The notes beneath the pieces are model-generated. The model had not been told where the DNA came from, did no database searches, and worked only from the letters and a program-made list of their open reading frames with translations. Both the position numbers and the translations under genes were made by a program. Shown in pieces: positions 1-12,925 of a DNA stretch of 64,000 nt. This stretch comes from Octopus sinensis. Taxonomy: Eukaryota. The DNA lies in the NCBI RefSeq assembly GCF_006345805.1, contig NC_042998.1, positions 111,972,001 through 112,036,000 on the forward strand, read 5' to 3'. Within the stretch, counting starts at the first letter, position 1; each line of letters opens with the position of its first letter.

Positions 1-60
1 TGAACCCGAACCATGTGGTTCGTAAGCAAGCTACTTACCACACAGCCACTCCTACGCCTA
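1..60 (-). mobile_element. tRNA-derived SINE head (CORE-type family), truncated by window edge
   Basis: Minus strand reads GGCGTAGGAGTGGCTGTGTGGTAAGTAGCTTGCTT...GGTTCGGGTTCA (Pol III A-box, start of B-box). The same head occurs at about 33540-33685 and 57583-57745. Confidence 0.75.
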
Positions 61-109
61 TAAATGTGTAATTTTGTGTATATGTATATATATGTGTAAT
101 TTTTATACC

Positions 110-1330
110 TATCTCTCTACTTATACTGATCTTTGCCTCGTAGAAACCAAATGGTTGAGTCAACATGCAATGGTTTAGCATGAGCTGCAGCATAGTTAAC
201 TTGAATAATACGTCTAATCCGGCGCTAACCATAAAAATGCGGGGAAGATGGATTTAATTGGAATGCGACAGCTATTATGCATCTTTACTAATTTCTAGTA
301 CTGTGCTTCGAAACACATTGTTTGGAGCTTTTATTCGAAGCACATTGCTTAGAGCTGTTATTTTTGCGTGGATATATTTTCTGCTTATCTGTTGTAGTAG
401 GTGAGAGATAATGTTCGTGGTTATAGTTTTCAATGAGCAGTCAGCTCCATATAACAAGAAAACTTATCGCCGAAACTGATGCGAGATCCATCATCATTGT
501 ACGTATAAATGGGTGGCAGAGAAGAAAGTTGAAATCTGGTGTTGATGTTACTTAGAAATATTCGTGTACAGTCTTTTCTTTTGTTGAATTTATTATTCAT
601 TCTCAGTGTGTTTATGTTTTGCGACAGTGTAATTAATAATGGATGTTGTAGCGGTATATGTTGTTTACTGAAAAGAGCAGTACCTGCATCGGTAATATCA
701 AGATTGATTTCATCTAAAACTTTTGTGAGAGGGTAGAGAAAGTCATGCATTGACGTGATGTTAATTCTTTTGAGGTTTTTAAAGGTTATATAATTGTTAT
801 ATTTCTACCTTTTCAGATCCATAGAATTTATTTCGCTAGCGTTGGCGTGAGTAGATGAATATCTTGATGTGTGCACTAATTGCTCCAAGGATTAGATGCT
901 TCAAGTATATATTTGGGATTCCTTTAGTCCCAGAGGCTTTTGAAATTTTGCAAAGCTAATTACGGCTCTAGAGTTTGACAGATGGATGTAGAATATATCA
1001 CGGTCTATATATATATTTTTTTATTTTGCATTTTTATATGCTATTTGATGACTGACTTTGGATGGAGTTTGCTTCCTGCCTATATGTTATGGTCGTACGG
1101 GATGTAGTATCGCCATTGTTAGATTGTCATGTTGTTGCTTGGAATAAAATGTTTCATTTCTTTACTTTGTGGTTTATGTTAGATATAAATATTTTCCAGT
1201 CTCTACTTTATTTTTTGGTTTAATTCTATTTTTTTATTTCTTCATCTAGTTGATTCCTAGTTTCATTTCTGCTTTATCTAATGTTGATGTGTGGTGTTCA
1301 AGATTTTCATTTGTTTTTTATCGGATTAAT
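110..1330 (-). pseudogene. Highly decayed non-LTR retrotransposon reverse transcriptase remnant
   Basis: Broken frames give SKASGTKGI (KxxGPDGI-like), FLYPLTKVLDEI (LLSPLSKVLERI-like) and KQH..LLITLSQNI (QHGFR..TTLL-like). Many stops and frameshifts. Confidence 0.35.
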
Positions 1331-3869
1331 CCAATTTGAAAGAAACATATTGTCATTCATTATTTTGCAAGAAAATTCTATTCAAATCCTTTTCTCGTCT
1401 TAGCACTTCTCGAAATGTTTTTTTTATAAAGGAAGTACACATATTTCAGAGTAATTTTCTCTCCTGACAGTAAGTGACTGTTTATAACAAAAATCACTTG
1501 CAAATCTTGTAGAATGTATTAGGATTTAGATTCATGTAAAATTTTGGTAAACATATCAGTTGATAAGTCATGGATTTTCAGTATTTTAATTTTTTTTTCA
1601 GCAACAAAATAGAGATGTTTCTTGTTTACAGAAAAAAAAAGCCGCGTCGTATTCGATTGAGCAACTACAAAATATATACAGATTATAAGGTACTCAACTT
1701 CAAAGATGAGGATCAAATTAACTCTGAATGTTTTCCTTCTTGACGTTACATAGTATGGGAGGGATATTCCTTAACTGTATTCTTATGCATTACCATTCAT
1801 AAATATATTTATTTCAGATGACTTTATTTCGTACTTTTTCGAGATTTTCTTTGTTATTCATTGTTCATTCAATCAGATATATTTTCTCATCACTTCAGTG
1901 TAGACAGACTTTAGTTTAAAGTAAGATTTAAAAAACTTTTAAATTTAGTTTAATCAATATATTATATCATCTCATTGTCTTGGATTCTAGAATTGTTTAC
2001 ATGATTTGTGGAAGTAAATGTTGGGCATGCGCGTTGTTAACTAACTTGTAACGTTAAAATGTACTCTGACGTGCATGGAAATCAACTGCTGCGTTCTACT
2101 AATGCAGCCTTTTCTGCATGTCTTTATGTAGTTTCTATAGCCTTGCCGATATCTCTCTTATTTATAGTGCTGCTTTCAAGACAGTTAATCACACAGGTTT
2201 GAAAACCAGCGGACCTGAAATTCGAAGGACAATAGTTATTGCATAGTACTGCGCTAATTCAGTCAGTTAAAATTATAAATATGACCTACAAGTATAAATA
2301 CATGTAGAGTACTCGGCCATTTATATTATAATACAATAAGTACGTAAAAAGCTCTCTCAAACAACATGAAAACCCATAATCGAAACATAATCGAAAGTAT
2401 TAATTTTCATATAAAATTCAAAGTATATGAGACAAACTTCAATGGATACAGAAAGATGCGGCCATGATACCGCAGAAACATTAAAATATTTGCCATTAAA
2501 GGAAATTCATATTGTCGAAGGTAAATCGCAAACATCGTATTTCGTAGATTATTTCCCCTCTTACTTGAAATGCATTACAGACCGGGAAACCTTACACAGA
2601 TGCTGTCATTTGCTTGAAAATTGACAGATAATCGATATGTAAAAACGTATCTATAAAGAAAATGTATGAAAGAGAAGTAGATGAGTAAGAAGAGAATGCT
2701 AAAAGAGGACATATAATAGAACGCACTGATAAATATGTTCTGCAACTGTTGAGTTTTTGAACTTTGTTGTTTGTAAGTTCATGTTTGAATACATTGTATG
2801 CAAAGTTGCACCTAATAGTTTCAAGTCCGGTAAAAGGTATATAATCATTTGTAAACACTTTGATCTGCTCACTGAGTACATACGTGCATAAGAATAGTTG
2901 CGCTCTTGTTTGTTCTTTATAAATCAATGTATTCTTTATGAACACACCCATAGAAAGGAAAAAAACAAAAACACATGTCGTTACATATATTCTGGCGCGA
3001 AAAGTAACAAAAACATATAACGTCCGTAATGTAGACACCTGCTCCACTACGAAGACATATGTTCAAAGTATACATATGTGTGTGTGTGTGTATGTGTATG
3101 AGCGTATGTACGGATATGACTACGCGCACGCATACACACAAAAACACACACATATACATACATGGAACTTGTTTACTTATGTATTTAGCTGCGTCATTTT
3201 ATGAACTAAGTTCAACTCCTTCCTGGGTCCACTTTACTTTTCAACGTTCAGAGATCAACAAGATATGTACCAGTCAATAAGATCTCTATTGTATTCTACT
3301 ATAATCTAAAAGGTGTTGCATCATTATGACCAAAATTATCTTAATGATACTAATAAAAGAATGGATGGAAAGATGGATGGATGGATGGATGGATGGATGG
3401 ATGGATGGATGGATGGATTGATGGATGGATGTATAGATGAAGCTATGTATGTGTGCGTGCGTGTAAAAGATTTTGAACATGAACTTGAGTTTATTGAAAT
3501 AGACAGTAGCAAAAGTAGGTTGGATTCATTATTTCTAAATCTTTCAAAAGGAGATATTCAGTAACAGTTCTTTACAGTAAAGGCTATTTGCCAACATAAT
3601 GTGACTGTACTGATAAGGACGATAATTACTGTTGTTTAACCCCAGGAAACATCATTTCCAGCTGGCTATACGTCACAATACCTGTGTCTATGTTGGATTT
3701 GTTTGCCAGATATTCTGTTCAACATCATTCCAGTTCTCATTGTCATCGAACGGACACGACTGCAACTTATTCTAAGGAAGATTTGGCAACTAACACCGCC
3801 TTAACTTTGTAATAGCAGAAAAGTTCGTGATTCACAAAAATATTAATTGAAGGGACTTAATAAGCTTTA

Positions 3870-4570
3870 GTTAATTATATTTATCTCCACTTAAAAGTGA
3901 TTGTTGTGTTAGAATACAGAATACTGTGAGACTTACCATGAGAAAATATGTCAAATGTTTTTTTTTTTTTTGCGGTTCATATAAGCCCTCTTGTTTACAT
4001 CACCAGCGGGAGACAATCACCGCCATCGCCACCGACAAAACTATCAGATCGTGTTATTTCAACCTTCCTTCGCCTTGTCAATAGTAGATGCCTGGCCGCT
4101 GGAAATGGTGCTCCACAAAACCATGAGAGGTTTTCTCATAGTAACTATCGAAGTAACTATCTCATAGTAACTATCTGTGGTCTAACACAACATCCACCTT
4201 TGAGTGATGATTAATATTACTTTTGGTATCAACACTGCTTCTGTTGCTTTTAATTATTTTTTAATAAACTCACTAGCTATTTGCGACACCAGTGTCTGAT
4301 TGGGCACTGTGATTTTATGTATATCACTAGCGGAGTAATCGCTACCATTTCCATCGGTCAAGTGTCTACCCTTGACAAAGCCAAGGGAGGCCGAAACCAC
4401 GTGTCTGATATTCCTGGCGATGACGATGGCGTTGAATGTCTCCTGCTAGCGATGTAAATAAGAGTGCTTATATGCACCACAAAGCCATATGAGAGATTTT
4501 CTCATGGTAGCTGTTGCAATATTCTATGTTCTGAAACAGCATCCACATTTCAGTGGTGATAAATATTACC
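3870..4570. mobile_element. Old fold-back/MITE-like element with ~200-bp diverged inverted arms
   Basis: 3870-4081 is the diverged reverse complement of 4372-4570 (e.g. ATAAGCCCTCTTGTTTACATCACCAGCGGGAGACA vs TGTCTCCTGCTAGCGATGTAAATAAGAGTGCTTAT). The inner segment 4110-4250 is a direct copy of 4475-4590. Confidence 0.65.
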
Positions 4571-4596
4571 TTTTGATATTAATATTGCTTCTATCG

Positions 4597-4764
4597 AATG
4601 CGGCGAGCTGGCGGAATTGCCGCTAAGCATTTCGTCCGCCTTTACATTCTGAGTTCAAATTCCATCGCCGTTAACTTTGCCGCTCATCCTTTCGGAACTG
4701 GGGTCGATTTAACCGACTTAGCCCTTCCCACGATATTCCTGACCTTGTGACAAAATTTGAAACC
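4597..4764 (+). mobile_element. SINE (Nin/Deu-like domain family) with 16-bp target-site duplication
   Basis: Body GGCGAGCTGGCGGAA..GAGTTCAAATTCC..CATCCTTTCGG, flanked by AATATTGCTTCTATCG (4581-4596) and AATATTGCTTCTGTCG (4765-4780). Confidence 0.8.
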
Positions 4765-4829
4765 AATATTGCTTCTGTCGCTATTTATTATTAGTTAATT
4801 ATATTTTACACATTTCACTTATCTTTTTC

Positions 4830-5140
4830 CCAAACGGTCTCATTTATAACACTGTGCCAGGAATCTATCCTCTATTAGCTTTAGTAGATCTTCAGTTTCG
4901 TGTTGTGTGTTTCTGCCAAAAAGTCTCCAAAATGCATCTAATGCAGCCTATTGTTCACCACAATTGCAGTGGCTATAAAAACCTACTCTGCGTTGAGCAA
5001 CAGTAGTAGAAATGGTTGGGATATGTTTATAAATCCCAGTGAATGGAACAGCACAGTCTTGTTGCTTCTACTACTCAAAGCGTTTAGAACTGTGAAGTTA
5101 TGGATACATTGCCGTCACGTGGCAACCTTACTCAACTAGA
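4830..5140 (-). pseudogene. 3' end of decayed RTE-like LINE ORF
   Basis: Minus-strand translation IYKHIPTISTTVAQRRVGFYSHC...ETEDLLKLIEDR resembles the RTE-type C-terminus (RRLRFAGHC ... AMxDRxxW). Confidence 0.5.
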
Positions 5141-5639
5141 CTACATCATCGAGAGAAAGACATGGATTAATAACCTCAAAGATTCACGTACATATAAGCA
5201 CTGTATTTCAGAATTATCGGTCCTGATGAAATAACTAGCCTTGCCTACTCTATGAATTATTGAACTCAGATTTGTTTGGTATCGACATAAACTCTTTAAT
5301 GTATGCTGATGAAAGTATGTATGTGTACGTATTATACTTTCTATATGCACATTACCGTTCTTCTTTCGATATTTCAATCTTTCCTGTAGAGAGAAAATAA
5401 AGAGTGTGTTTCTAACAAAGATTCAAATCTCCATAGCTAGAATTGAAAAATTAGAAGTATTTAAAACTGATTATATACCTTTTACTGGGCTTGAAACTAG
5501 TAGGCGCAACTTTACATACAGAGCATTCAAACATGGACTTACAATTAACTAAGTTCAAAACAAAGGTGAAGATTTAAAAGTTTAATATTTTGCGTGATGT
5601 GTTCTGCAGGGAACATTGTATCAGTAGTCCTTCATATTG

Positions 5640-5820
5640 CTTTCAAATTTCGGTACAAGGCCAGCAATTTCGGGGGAGGGGTTAAGTCGATTACTTATTT
5701 TATCGACTCCGGTAGGCTGAGAGACCTCGGCGGAATTTGAACTCAGAGCATGAAGACGGGTGAAATGCTGTTTAGTATTTTTCCCGGTTTTCTAACGTTT
5801 CTTTCAGCACGTCGCCTTAG
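5640..5820 (-). mobile_element. SINE (Nin/Deu-like family), decayed
   Basis: Reverse complement of the element at 4597 and 38791 (..CTCGGCGGAATTTGAACTCAGA..). Further decayed copies near 30030, 40520, 47050-47350, 52220, 53800, 55920 and 60180. Confidence 0.7.
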
Positions 5821-6714
5821 TATTCCTTCATCTTACGAGTAAATTCGATCCGCGCATAACGATAACTTCATGTGTTTCGATCTTACAAACTCACCTTTCT
5901 ACAGCTAAATATACTTACACACGCGCGCGCACACACACATGCACACACACACATGCACGCACGCACACGCACGCACACACACACACACACATGCACACAG
6001 GCGCATGCACACAGGCACATACACACACACACATACACACACACGCACTCATATATATATATTCGGTGTATTGTTTAGTGAACTGAGTAACTCCACCTGG
6101 CCTACATAAATACCCAAATATATTTCAAAGAATAACTTGAACCACAATAAGATAAATATAAAGAACGAATTGAAATGAACAGTGAGTGTATGCCACATAA
6201 AGCGGCTGGTACAGTGCATATGTATAATGCGGTATATATGTACACGTGTGTATTAGTTGCTGTATATGTTACACAGTACATTGATTATTTTGTTTTTGAT
6301 GGTGTGTGTGTGTGTGTGTATGTGTGTGTGAGTGTATAAATTTATTATATAACTCTTTCTTTCTCAATCTCTCTCTCTATATATATATGTATGTGTGTGT
6401 ACATTATTATGTATATATATACATATGCATATGTCCAAGTATGTAATGTATACGTATACGTGTACATATATGTGTGTGTGTGTGCGTGTGAGTGTGTGCG
6501 TGTGTGTGTGTGTGTAATCTTACATATATGTATATACATGTGTGCGTGTGTGTGTGAAACTATGCGTATATATATATATATATATAATATATATATATGC
6601 CAGAATAAGAAATAGAAGATCATTGGTACAGTACTGTATATTTGAAAAACTGAAAAGAAATGGCTCTTCTGATAATTTTTCGACTTTAATAATTAGATGT
6701 TTATAAGTTTCAAA

Positions 6715-6799
<85 letters not shown>

Positions 6800-6800
6800 G

Positions 6801-6850
<50 letters not shown>

Positions 6851-6876
6851 CTATCTATCTATCTATACATACATAT

Positions 6877-6918
<42 letters not shown>

Positions 6919-6919
<1 letters not shown>

Positions 6920-9245
6920 CTTACTCCTCTCCTCCGAGACTCTCTCGTCGCTGATACGTGATCAGAGGGTAGCCATCTTTCCGACTACTATCTTCACCAA
7001 GACCAAACCAGCTTACTTGTTTTGTTCTTACTGTCCTGTTCTTGTTACCACTTTCACCCTTGCAAAAAAAGTGTCACCGACACTAGTCTCGGATCACAAC
7101 ACAATAGATCTGATTATGTATGAACCAAAAACCCCTGAAGACGAACAGCCTATACGAAGCACTCGAAATCTTTCTAATCTGAACTTTCATAAAGCTAAAT
7201 GGGGGTCGATTCTCGGACAGGATTGGCCTAAATGTCTCCGCACACCAGACATTGACATGAACCACAAACATTTCATAGCAATAACATAAGCCATGTGTGA
7301 AGAGTCTGTCCCAGAACACAAGGCAAACATACACAAAAACAAAATTCTTAAGAGACGACGAACAAAGATTACGAACCGCCTGAACAAACACATCAAAAGT
7401 TATGAAAAATCCCGCTTGAAGAGAGCGCTGGTGGAAATTGAGAAAAGTCTGCATCAATCTCCCGAAAAAGAGAGAGCAGATAAGGAAGCCTGGGTTATAG
7501 AAAATATTAAGTCAAACCCTAAAGCTTTCTTTAACTTTACCAAGGAAACAGACTCAGTACGCTACAATGTAGGGCTCCTCTTTCAAAAAGATGGCTCCCA
7601 CGCAGGAAACCCAACGAAGATAAATGAAATATTGAACGAACAGTTCCAAAGTGTGTTCACGAGTCCTCTGGGACGCAGGCAACTGAAGAAACCAGTAGAG
7701 ATTTTGCTACTTTACCTGTCCATAGAAGCGAAATTTGATTACTTCGACATTAAAGATGTAACACTGGCCATGGATGAGGTAGACACAAACTCAGCTGTCG
7801 GTCCTGATGGATTCCCAGCAATCCTTCTTAAATCGTGTAAACGACCCTTTGCAAAACCACTGCAGCTTCTTTTCCAGAGCTTTCTTGCAAGTGGTAAGTT
7901 CTCAGGTAAATTGAATGAAGGAAAAATGTGCCTATCCACAAAGGTAGAAGCAAAGCAGATGTTAAAATTTATATCTCTCTGACCATACACATCAGCAAAG
8001 TCATGGGACGCATAGTCTGCAAGAAACTAATCGCGTTCTTTGAAGAGAATGACTTGATAACGGACACTCAGCATGGTTTACGACCAGGTAGAAGCTGCCT
8101 GACACAGCTCTTACAACAGTATGACTGGGTGTAAAGCAGCTGCTAAACTACTCAAGTGTGAATGTGATATATCTCGTCTTTGCAAAAGCCTTTGATAAAG
8201 CCGACAATGGTATGATATGCTATAAATTGCGTGACCTCGGCATAGTCTGAAAACTTGGAGTGGCTGGCTACACGACTTTCTAAAAAATAGGTATCAGACA
8301 GTGGTGGCCAATGGAGCCACCTCAAAGGAAACACAAATAGTAAGTAGTGTTCCACAGGGCACTGTCCTAGGGTCAATGCTATTTATAATGGCCCTCTCAG
8401 ACATACCCTCAGCTGCTCAGCTAGCCACCCCTGCTAGCTATGCAGACGACACAAAAGTCTCTCAGACAATTCAGAACCCTGGAAATATTACACATCTGAG
8501 GACAATAACATGCAGTTTAACACAGGAAAATTCCAAGCCCTGCGCTACCAACACACAAAGCTGAACGACATGTAGACAGGATACACTGGCTCAGGAGGAA
8601 TTGCAATCCCTGAATCAAAATCAGTGCGTGACCTGGACGTTGACATGAGTAATAATGCATCTTTCCAGGTGCATATTGCTAATTTGGTAATAATATGCAG
8701 ACGGGTAGCTGGATGGATCCTCCGAGCTTTCAGAACGAGAGAAATGAAAACTATGATGGTCCTTTGGAGGATGTACGTCCTCAGCCGCTTGGACTACTGC
8801 TCCTTCCTAAGGTCAATACACAGTATAAAATTAACGGTGGAACTCGAAGCAATCCAACGAAGCTACACAATGAAAACCGTCTCAATGCAACGTATCAGCC
8901 ACTGGGAAAAGCTGAAAGAGTTAATATTCTTCTCCCTAGAACGAAGGAGGGAAAGATATGCAGTGATATACACCGGGAAATCTTGGAAGATCTTGTAATA
9001 AACTTTGGCATTGAAAGTTACGCAAATAGCATGACGGGGCACCACTGCAGAGTGCCAAAGATCTCACCATCTACATCAAAATACAAGACCTGATACCGTA
9101 ACAACTTGGGTTTCAAGTACCCACAATTCTTCAATTCCTTTCCAAAATGTTTGAGAAACCTGCATGGCGTGGATGTAGGTGTCTTCATAACAAAACTAGA
9201 CCTTCTCCTGTTAAGGGTTCCAGATGAGCGTACCTCACGTCAGGG
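6919..9245 (+). pseudogene. 5'-truncated CR1/L2-group LINE ORF2 (end of APE endonuclease plus reverse transcriptase), frameshifted
   Basis: Consecutive ORF pieces carry SDHN (APE C-terminus), SAVGPDGFPAILLK, QHGLRPGRSCLTQLL, FAKAFDK, VPQGTVLG, SYADDTK, SRLDYCS, SLERRRERY and QFFNSFPKCLRNL. Confidence 0.92.
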
Positions 9246-9335
9246 TTATATAACTTTATGCTCATCAGAGTTAGCCGATATGGAAGGGAATTCCTTTCCA
9301 TATCGGCTAACTCTGATGAGCATAAGGTTATATAA
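9246..9335. repeat. 90-bp loopless palindrome (45-bp arms) containing a CTGATGA hammerhead half-core
   Basis: TTATATAACTTTATGCTCATCAGAGTTAGCCGATATGGAAGGGAA|TTCCTTTCCATATCGGCTAACTCTGATGAGCATAAGGTTATATAA. Both mismatches are G-U compatible on the + strand. Confidence 0.9.
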
Positions 9336-10149
9336 TCGGATTGTTACCTAACACTCCATTGTATTACGTGCGTGAAACTGATTGATAAGATCAGCTGTGA
9401 TGGATACATAATACTGTACATTTCGGATAATATATCTATTATAATCGGTATTGAATTGCTTACATACTCGAATTTAAGCAGTCCGTCAAAGGGGGAAGAT
9501 AAAAACAATGGAAACATTTGGAAAAATAAGCAGATGGCTCGATTTGTTCGACTAAAGCGTTCAAAGTGATGCTCCAGCATTGACGCAGTCCAATGACTTA
9601 AGCAAAACAAAAAAGAAGAAATGGAAACCTTTTTATTGAGGAAAAATGAGTTTACCCAGGTGCGAGATTTCAAACATTATCTTAAATAAACGGAACAACA
9701 GAAACTAAGAGAGTGGTTTTACGTTAGCATAGAACAGTTAACATGAATCAGCAATTTTAAGAAAGGAGGGAAGGATAAAGTATGTTTCTTGTCAGTTGAG
9801 GAAAGCAGGTAAACTTGCTTGGTGTCACATTTACCCTGAAAATATGATCGCACCCTCACACACTCATTCATGCCAGTTAAAATACTATAACTCTTTACTG
9901 CGTGCGGTGTCATACATGACACTTACTGATTTTGCTGTCATTCGATGTTTTGAGATTCCATCTATGCAACAGGTGACATTTTTAGCTTTGCACCTGTTTA
10001 TAAAACTGTGTGCGTATGCGCGCGCGTTTGTGTATGTATGTATGCATATGTATATATGTATGCATACGTGTTTATGTATATATATTATATGTCTATATAC
10101 ACATATATATATTTATACACAGACACACATAAATGCATACACAGATATG

Positions 10150-10648
10150 ATAGATGACCATGACAGGCCTTGACTATTGGGGTCGACTAGAAAAGCTCAA
10201 GCCCTATTCTCTCCAACGCGCCGTGAGCGCTACATCACCTACATAATGTGGAAAATATTCCATCAGCATTGCCCAAATGATGTTGGCATCACCTTTAAGA
10301 TACACCCAAGACTTGGGCCCCGTGCTATCCCCCCACAACATAAATCCCACTCGCATATTATAACAACAATATTGCACAATTATTTCACCTCAATTGGCCC
10401 AGCTCTCATTAACATTACACCAAAACGCATTAAAGCAGAAACAGACCCCATAAAGTTCAAGAAGTGTTTCGAGAAATTCCTTCAAGAAATCCTGAATAAA
10501 CTTCATACACCCGGATATGTCTCCGTAAACAATAACTCTCTACTCGAGTGGGCCATGTTGTCGGGTTCCTTATTTGAATGACTACGCCAGGTGGAACTAT
10601 CTCAGTTAGACACGACTTGGACCAATTCTGTCCGAAACGTATCAAAGT
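10150..10648 (+). pseudogene. 3' fragment of a second CR1/L2-group LINE
   Basis: ORF 10177-10581 (RRERYI..MWKI..HPRLG..GPALIN..FKKCFEKFLQEI..NNNSLLEW) matches the C-terminal pattern of the 6.9-9.2 kb LINE and ends at a (TA)n tract. Confidence 0.8.
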
Positions 10649-10753
10649 ATATATATATGTATATCTATATATCTATATATATATGTAGGTCCCGGGTTGA
10701 TTCGGGGTTAACCACAGTAAATAAGGTACTCAATACATAGCAGAGTAAAATTA

Positions 10754-10875
10754 ATTTATTATATAGAAGGAGCTTCTACAGGACTAGAACTGTTTCATTC
10801 AAGAGAAATCTTCCTGAAGATTTCTCTTGAATGAAACAGTTCTAGTCCTGTAGAAGCTCCTTCTATATAATAAAT
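10754..10875. repeat. Perfect 60-bp inverted repeat with 2-nt spacer (PLE-type fold-back)
   Basis: 10754-10813 is the exact reverse complement of 10816-10875; the spacer is CT. Confidence 0.95.
10810..10856 (+). ncRNA. Type-I hammerhead ribozyme motif
   Basis: CTTC-CTGAAGA-TTTCTCTTGAAT-GAA-ACAG-TTCTAGTC-CTGT-A-GAAG. Stem I CTTC/GAAG, stem III ACAG/CTGT, GUA triplet. Stem II TTC/GAA is closed by U.U. Confidence 0.65.
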
Positions 10876-10876
10876 A

Positions 10877-10911
<35 letters not shown>

Positions 10912-11039
10912 GTACACACACGTACATATATGCATACATATATACACATATACTCACAAATATATACACACATATATATGTATATGTATATGATTATATA
11001 TATATATATTATATATATATATAATATATATATATATAA

Positions 11040-12190
11040 TTTGTGATGCAAGATTCCTGATGTGAAACCGTGTCTGGAAACACATTGTTGTATTTCGGGA
11101 CGCTCATTTTTTTTTTTTGCCAAATAAACACATGCACTTTATATTCGTTCTTCATTCGTTTATTACTGTTCTTATCCAAACTCATGTTCATTTTTTGAAA
11201 ATCTTTCGTCACACATCTTTGACCTCTTCAGCAACACTTTCCGGTTCGTGTGTGCTCTTCATCTACTTATTCCATTTAGTTCTTCAATGATATGTACCCT
11301 AATATGCACATGCGCTTGCGTCTGTGTGTATGTGTGTGCGTGTGTGTGTGTGTCATTGTTCTTAATAGCACTATGACCCTCTCCTCAGCCCCATCCCCGT
11401 CTCCATTGTCACTGCTCCTACCCTTGAACCCAACTTTTTTTTACCGTTCCTCTATGTCTGTGTGTTTGTGCGTTCGTCTACGCTGTTGCCGTCGTGGTAG
11501 TTGCTGTTGTTGTTTCTTTTTTGTTACCGCTGTTGTTGTTGTTAATACTGTTGCGGCCGTCTGTGAAGTTACTGTGTGTTGGTATGTGTACATGGGTTCT
11601 CTTTCTATGTCGTTGATTTCCGTGCACTTTATACAGTTTTTTTTATCTCTATCAATTATATTTATCATAGGTATGTGCATATTTGTCTGTTGTATGTGTG
11701 TATTACACTGTATCAGCTTTTTTCTCCCTTCTGTCTTTAGTCGTCATACTGAGTGGAGTGGTGGTGAGTGTTTATTGTTCTATTCCTGTTTTCTGTTGAG
11801 GCTCGGTGTCTAGTGCTATGTGTGTAGCCTCTGTGATCTGTCTAAGCGTCGTACAAGTTCTATGTATTGATAATACCTTAACCTCTTTGCTATTAACCGA
11901 GCCTCTATGTTCTGTTTGAGCATGTTGGTAGAGCCCTGATGAGCATCTCTCTTCTTTGAGCTCTCACCAGTGTTCACGTATATGCTCCCCTATGCTGCGC
12001 GCTGTCTCTCCATTATAAGTAGTTGTCATGATTATGCATCGTCTCTCAGTTCATCGTAAGCTATACACTATATTCCCAACCATACTGTGCTGTTCCAGGA
12101 TTTACTCCTGTATAGCTGGCAGATCCCCTTAGCATCACTCTCTATGATAGTTTGTACTGGATTAGAGTGTACAGAGGAGCCAGAACCAAG
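11040..12190 (-). mobile_element. Penelope-like element 3' part: decayed GIY-YIG endonuclease plus terminal repeat
   Basis: Minus-strand translation at about 12075-11790: GNIVYSL*...YNGETARSIGEHIREHW*...SGLYQHAQTEH...LRQITEATHI...SLNRKQE*. An HHR motif lies downstream in the same orientation. Confidence 0.8.
11193..11236 (-). ncRNA. Minimal hammerhead ribozyme motif (PLE terminal repeat), partly decayed
   Basis: TGTTG-CTGAAGA-G-GTCA-AAGATGTG-TGAC-GAA-AGATTT-T-CAAAA. Core is intact and stem II is GTCA/TGAC; stems I and III each carry one mismatch. Confidence 0.6.
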
Positions 12191-12223
12191 TACATACATA
12201 CATACATACATACATACATACAT

Positions 12224-12256
<33 letters not shown>

Positions 12257-12487
12257 ACGACCTTGACCCTACAAGAGTAAACAAGAGAAACAGAGACAGG
12301 CAGAAACAAGGAAAATGCCCTTCTTTTTGAATACGATGCAAATATTCTTTTAAAAAACTTTTCATTTGATTTTCCCAAAATTTAATTTTTCCCAAATTTG
12401 TTTTCCATACTGAGAATTGAAAACGTCTCAATGACCGAAACCGATACTAAAATGTTTTTTATATTTTAGTATTTTCCACCTTGACTT

Positions 12488-12611
<124 letters not shown>

Positions 12612-12925
12612 TAGTAAATACATACATATACATATCTTTAGTTCCTGTAAACGATTTCTACTATTCTATAAAATTCGACCTTTGACTGACTTTTTACATT
12701 TCCACTTCCATGCCTTTAAGCTTTATTCCTATTCAGCTATCGCTCTATATCTCTCTACTATTACTTTTCTGCTAATTTCTTTCTTCATCCTCCTTTTCTT
12801 TCTATAAACGACCTTTGACGTTATAACTACTAACGGTTTAAAAAAAAATTACTAGCGTTCCCTTCATCATATACGCAGTCATCACATTCCGTTAAAATGT
12901 CTTATTGATGTGTCTGAATTCTTTC

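Larger units (their letters stand above)
2755..5560. repeat. Pair of inverted ~104-bp repeats (2755-2858 and 5457-5560)
   Basis: Reverse complement of 2755-2858 (..TGATTATATACCTTTTACCGGACTTGAAACTATTAGGTGCAACTTTGCATACA..) aligns by eye to 5457-5560 (..TGATTATATACCTTTTACTGGGCTTGAAACTAGTAGGCGCAACTTTACATACA..). Confidence 0.8.

Noticed and set aside
2427-2624. Possible host exon ending at GAAG|GTAAAT (also ORFs at 29689-29877 and 50292-50513)
   Set aside because: No recognisable domain and no consistent chain of splice sites; cannot be supported without RNA-seq or homology search.
11053-11100. Plus-strand CCTGATGTG..GGAAAC hammerhead candidate (similar weak cases near 12410-12445, 36620-36675 and 48563-48600)
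   Set aside because: Core box and stems are too degenerate to support a call.
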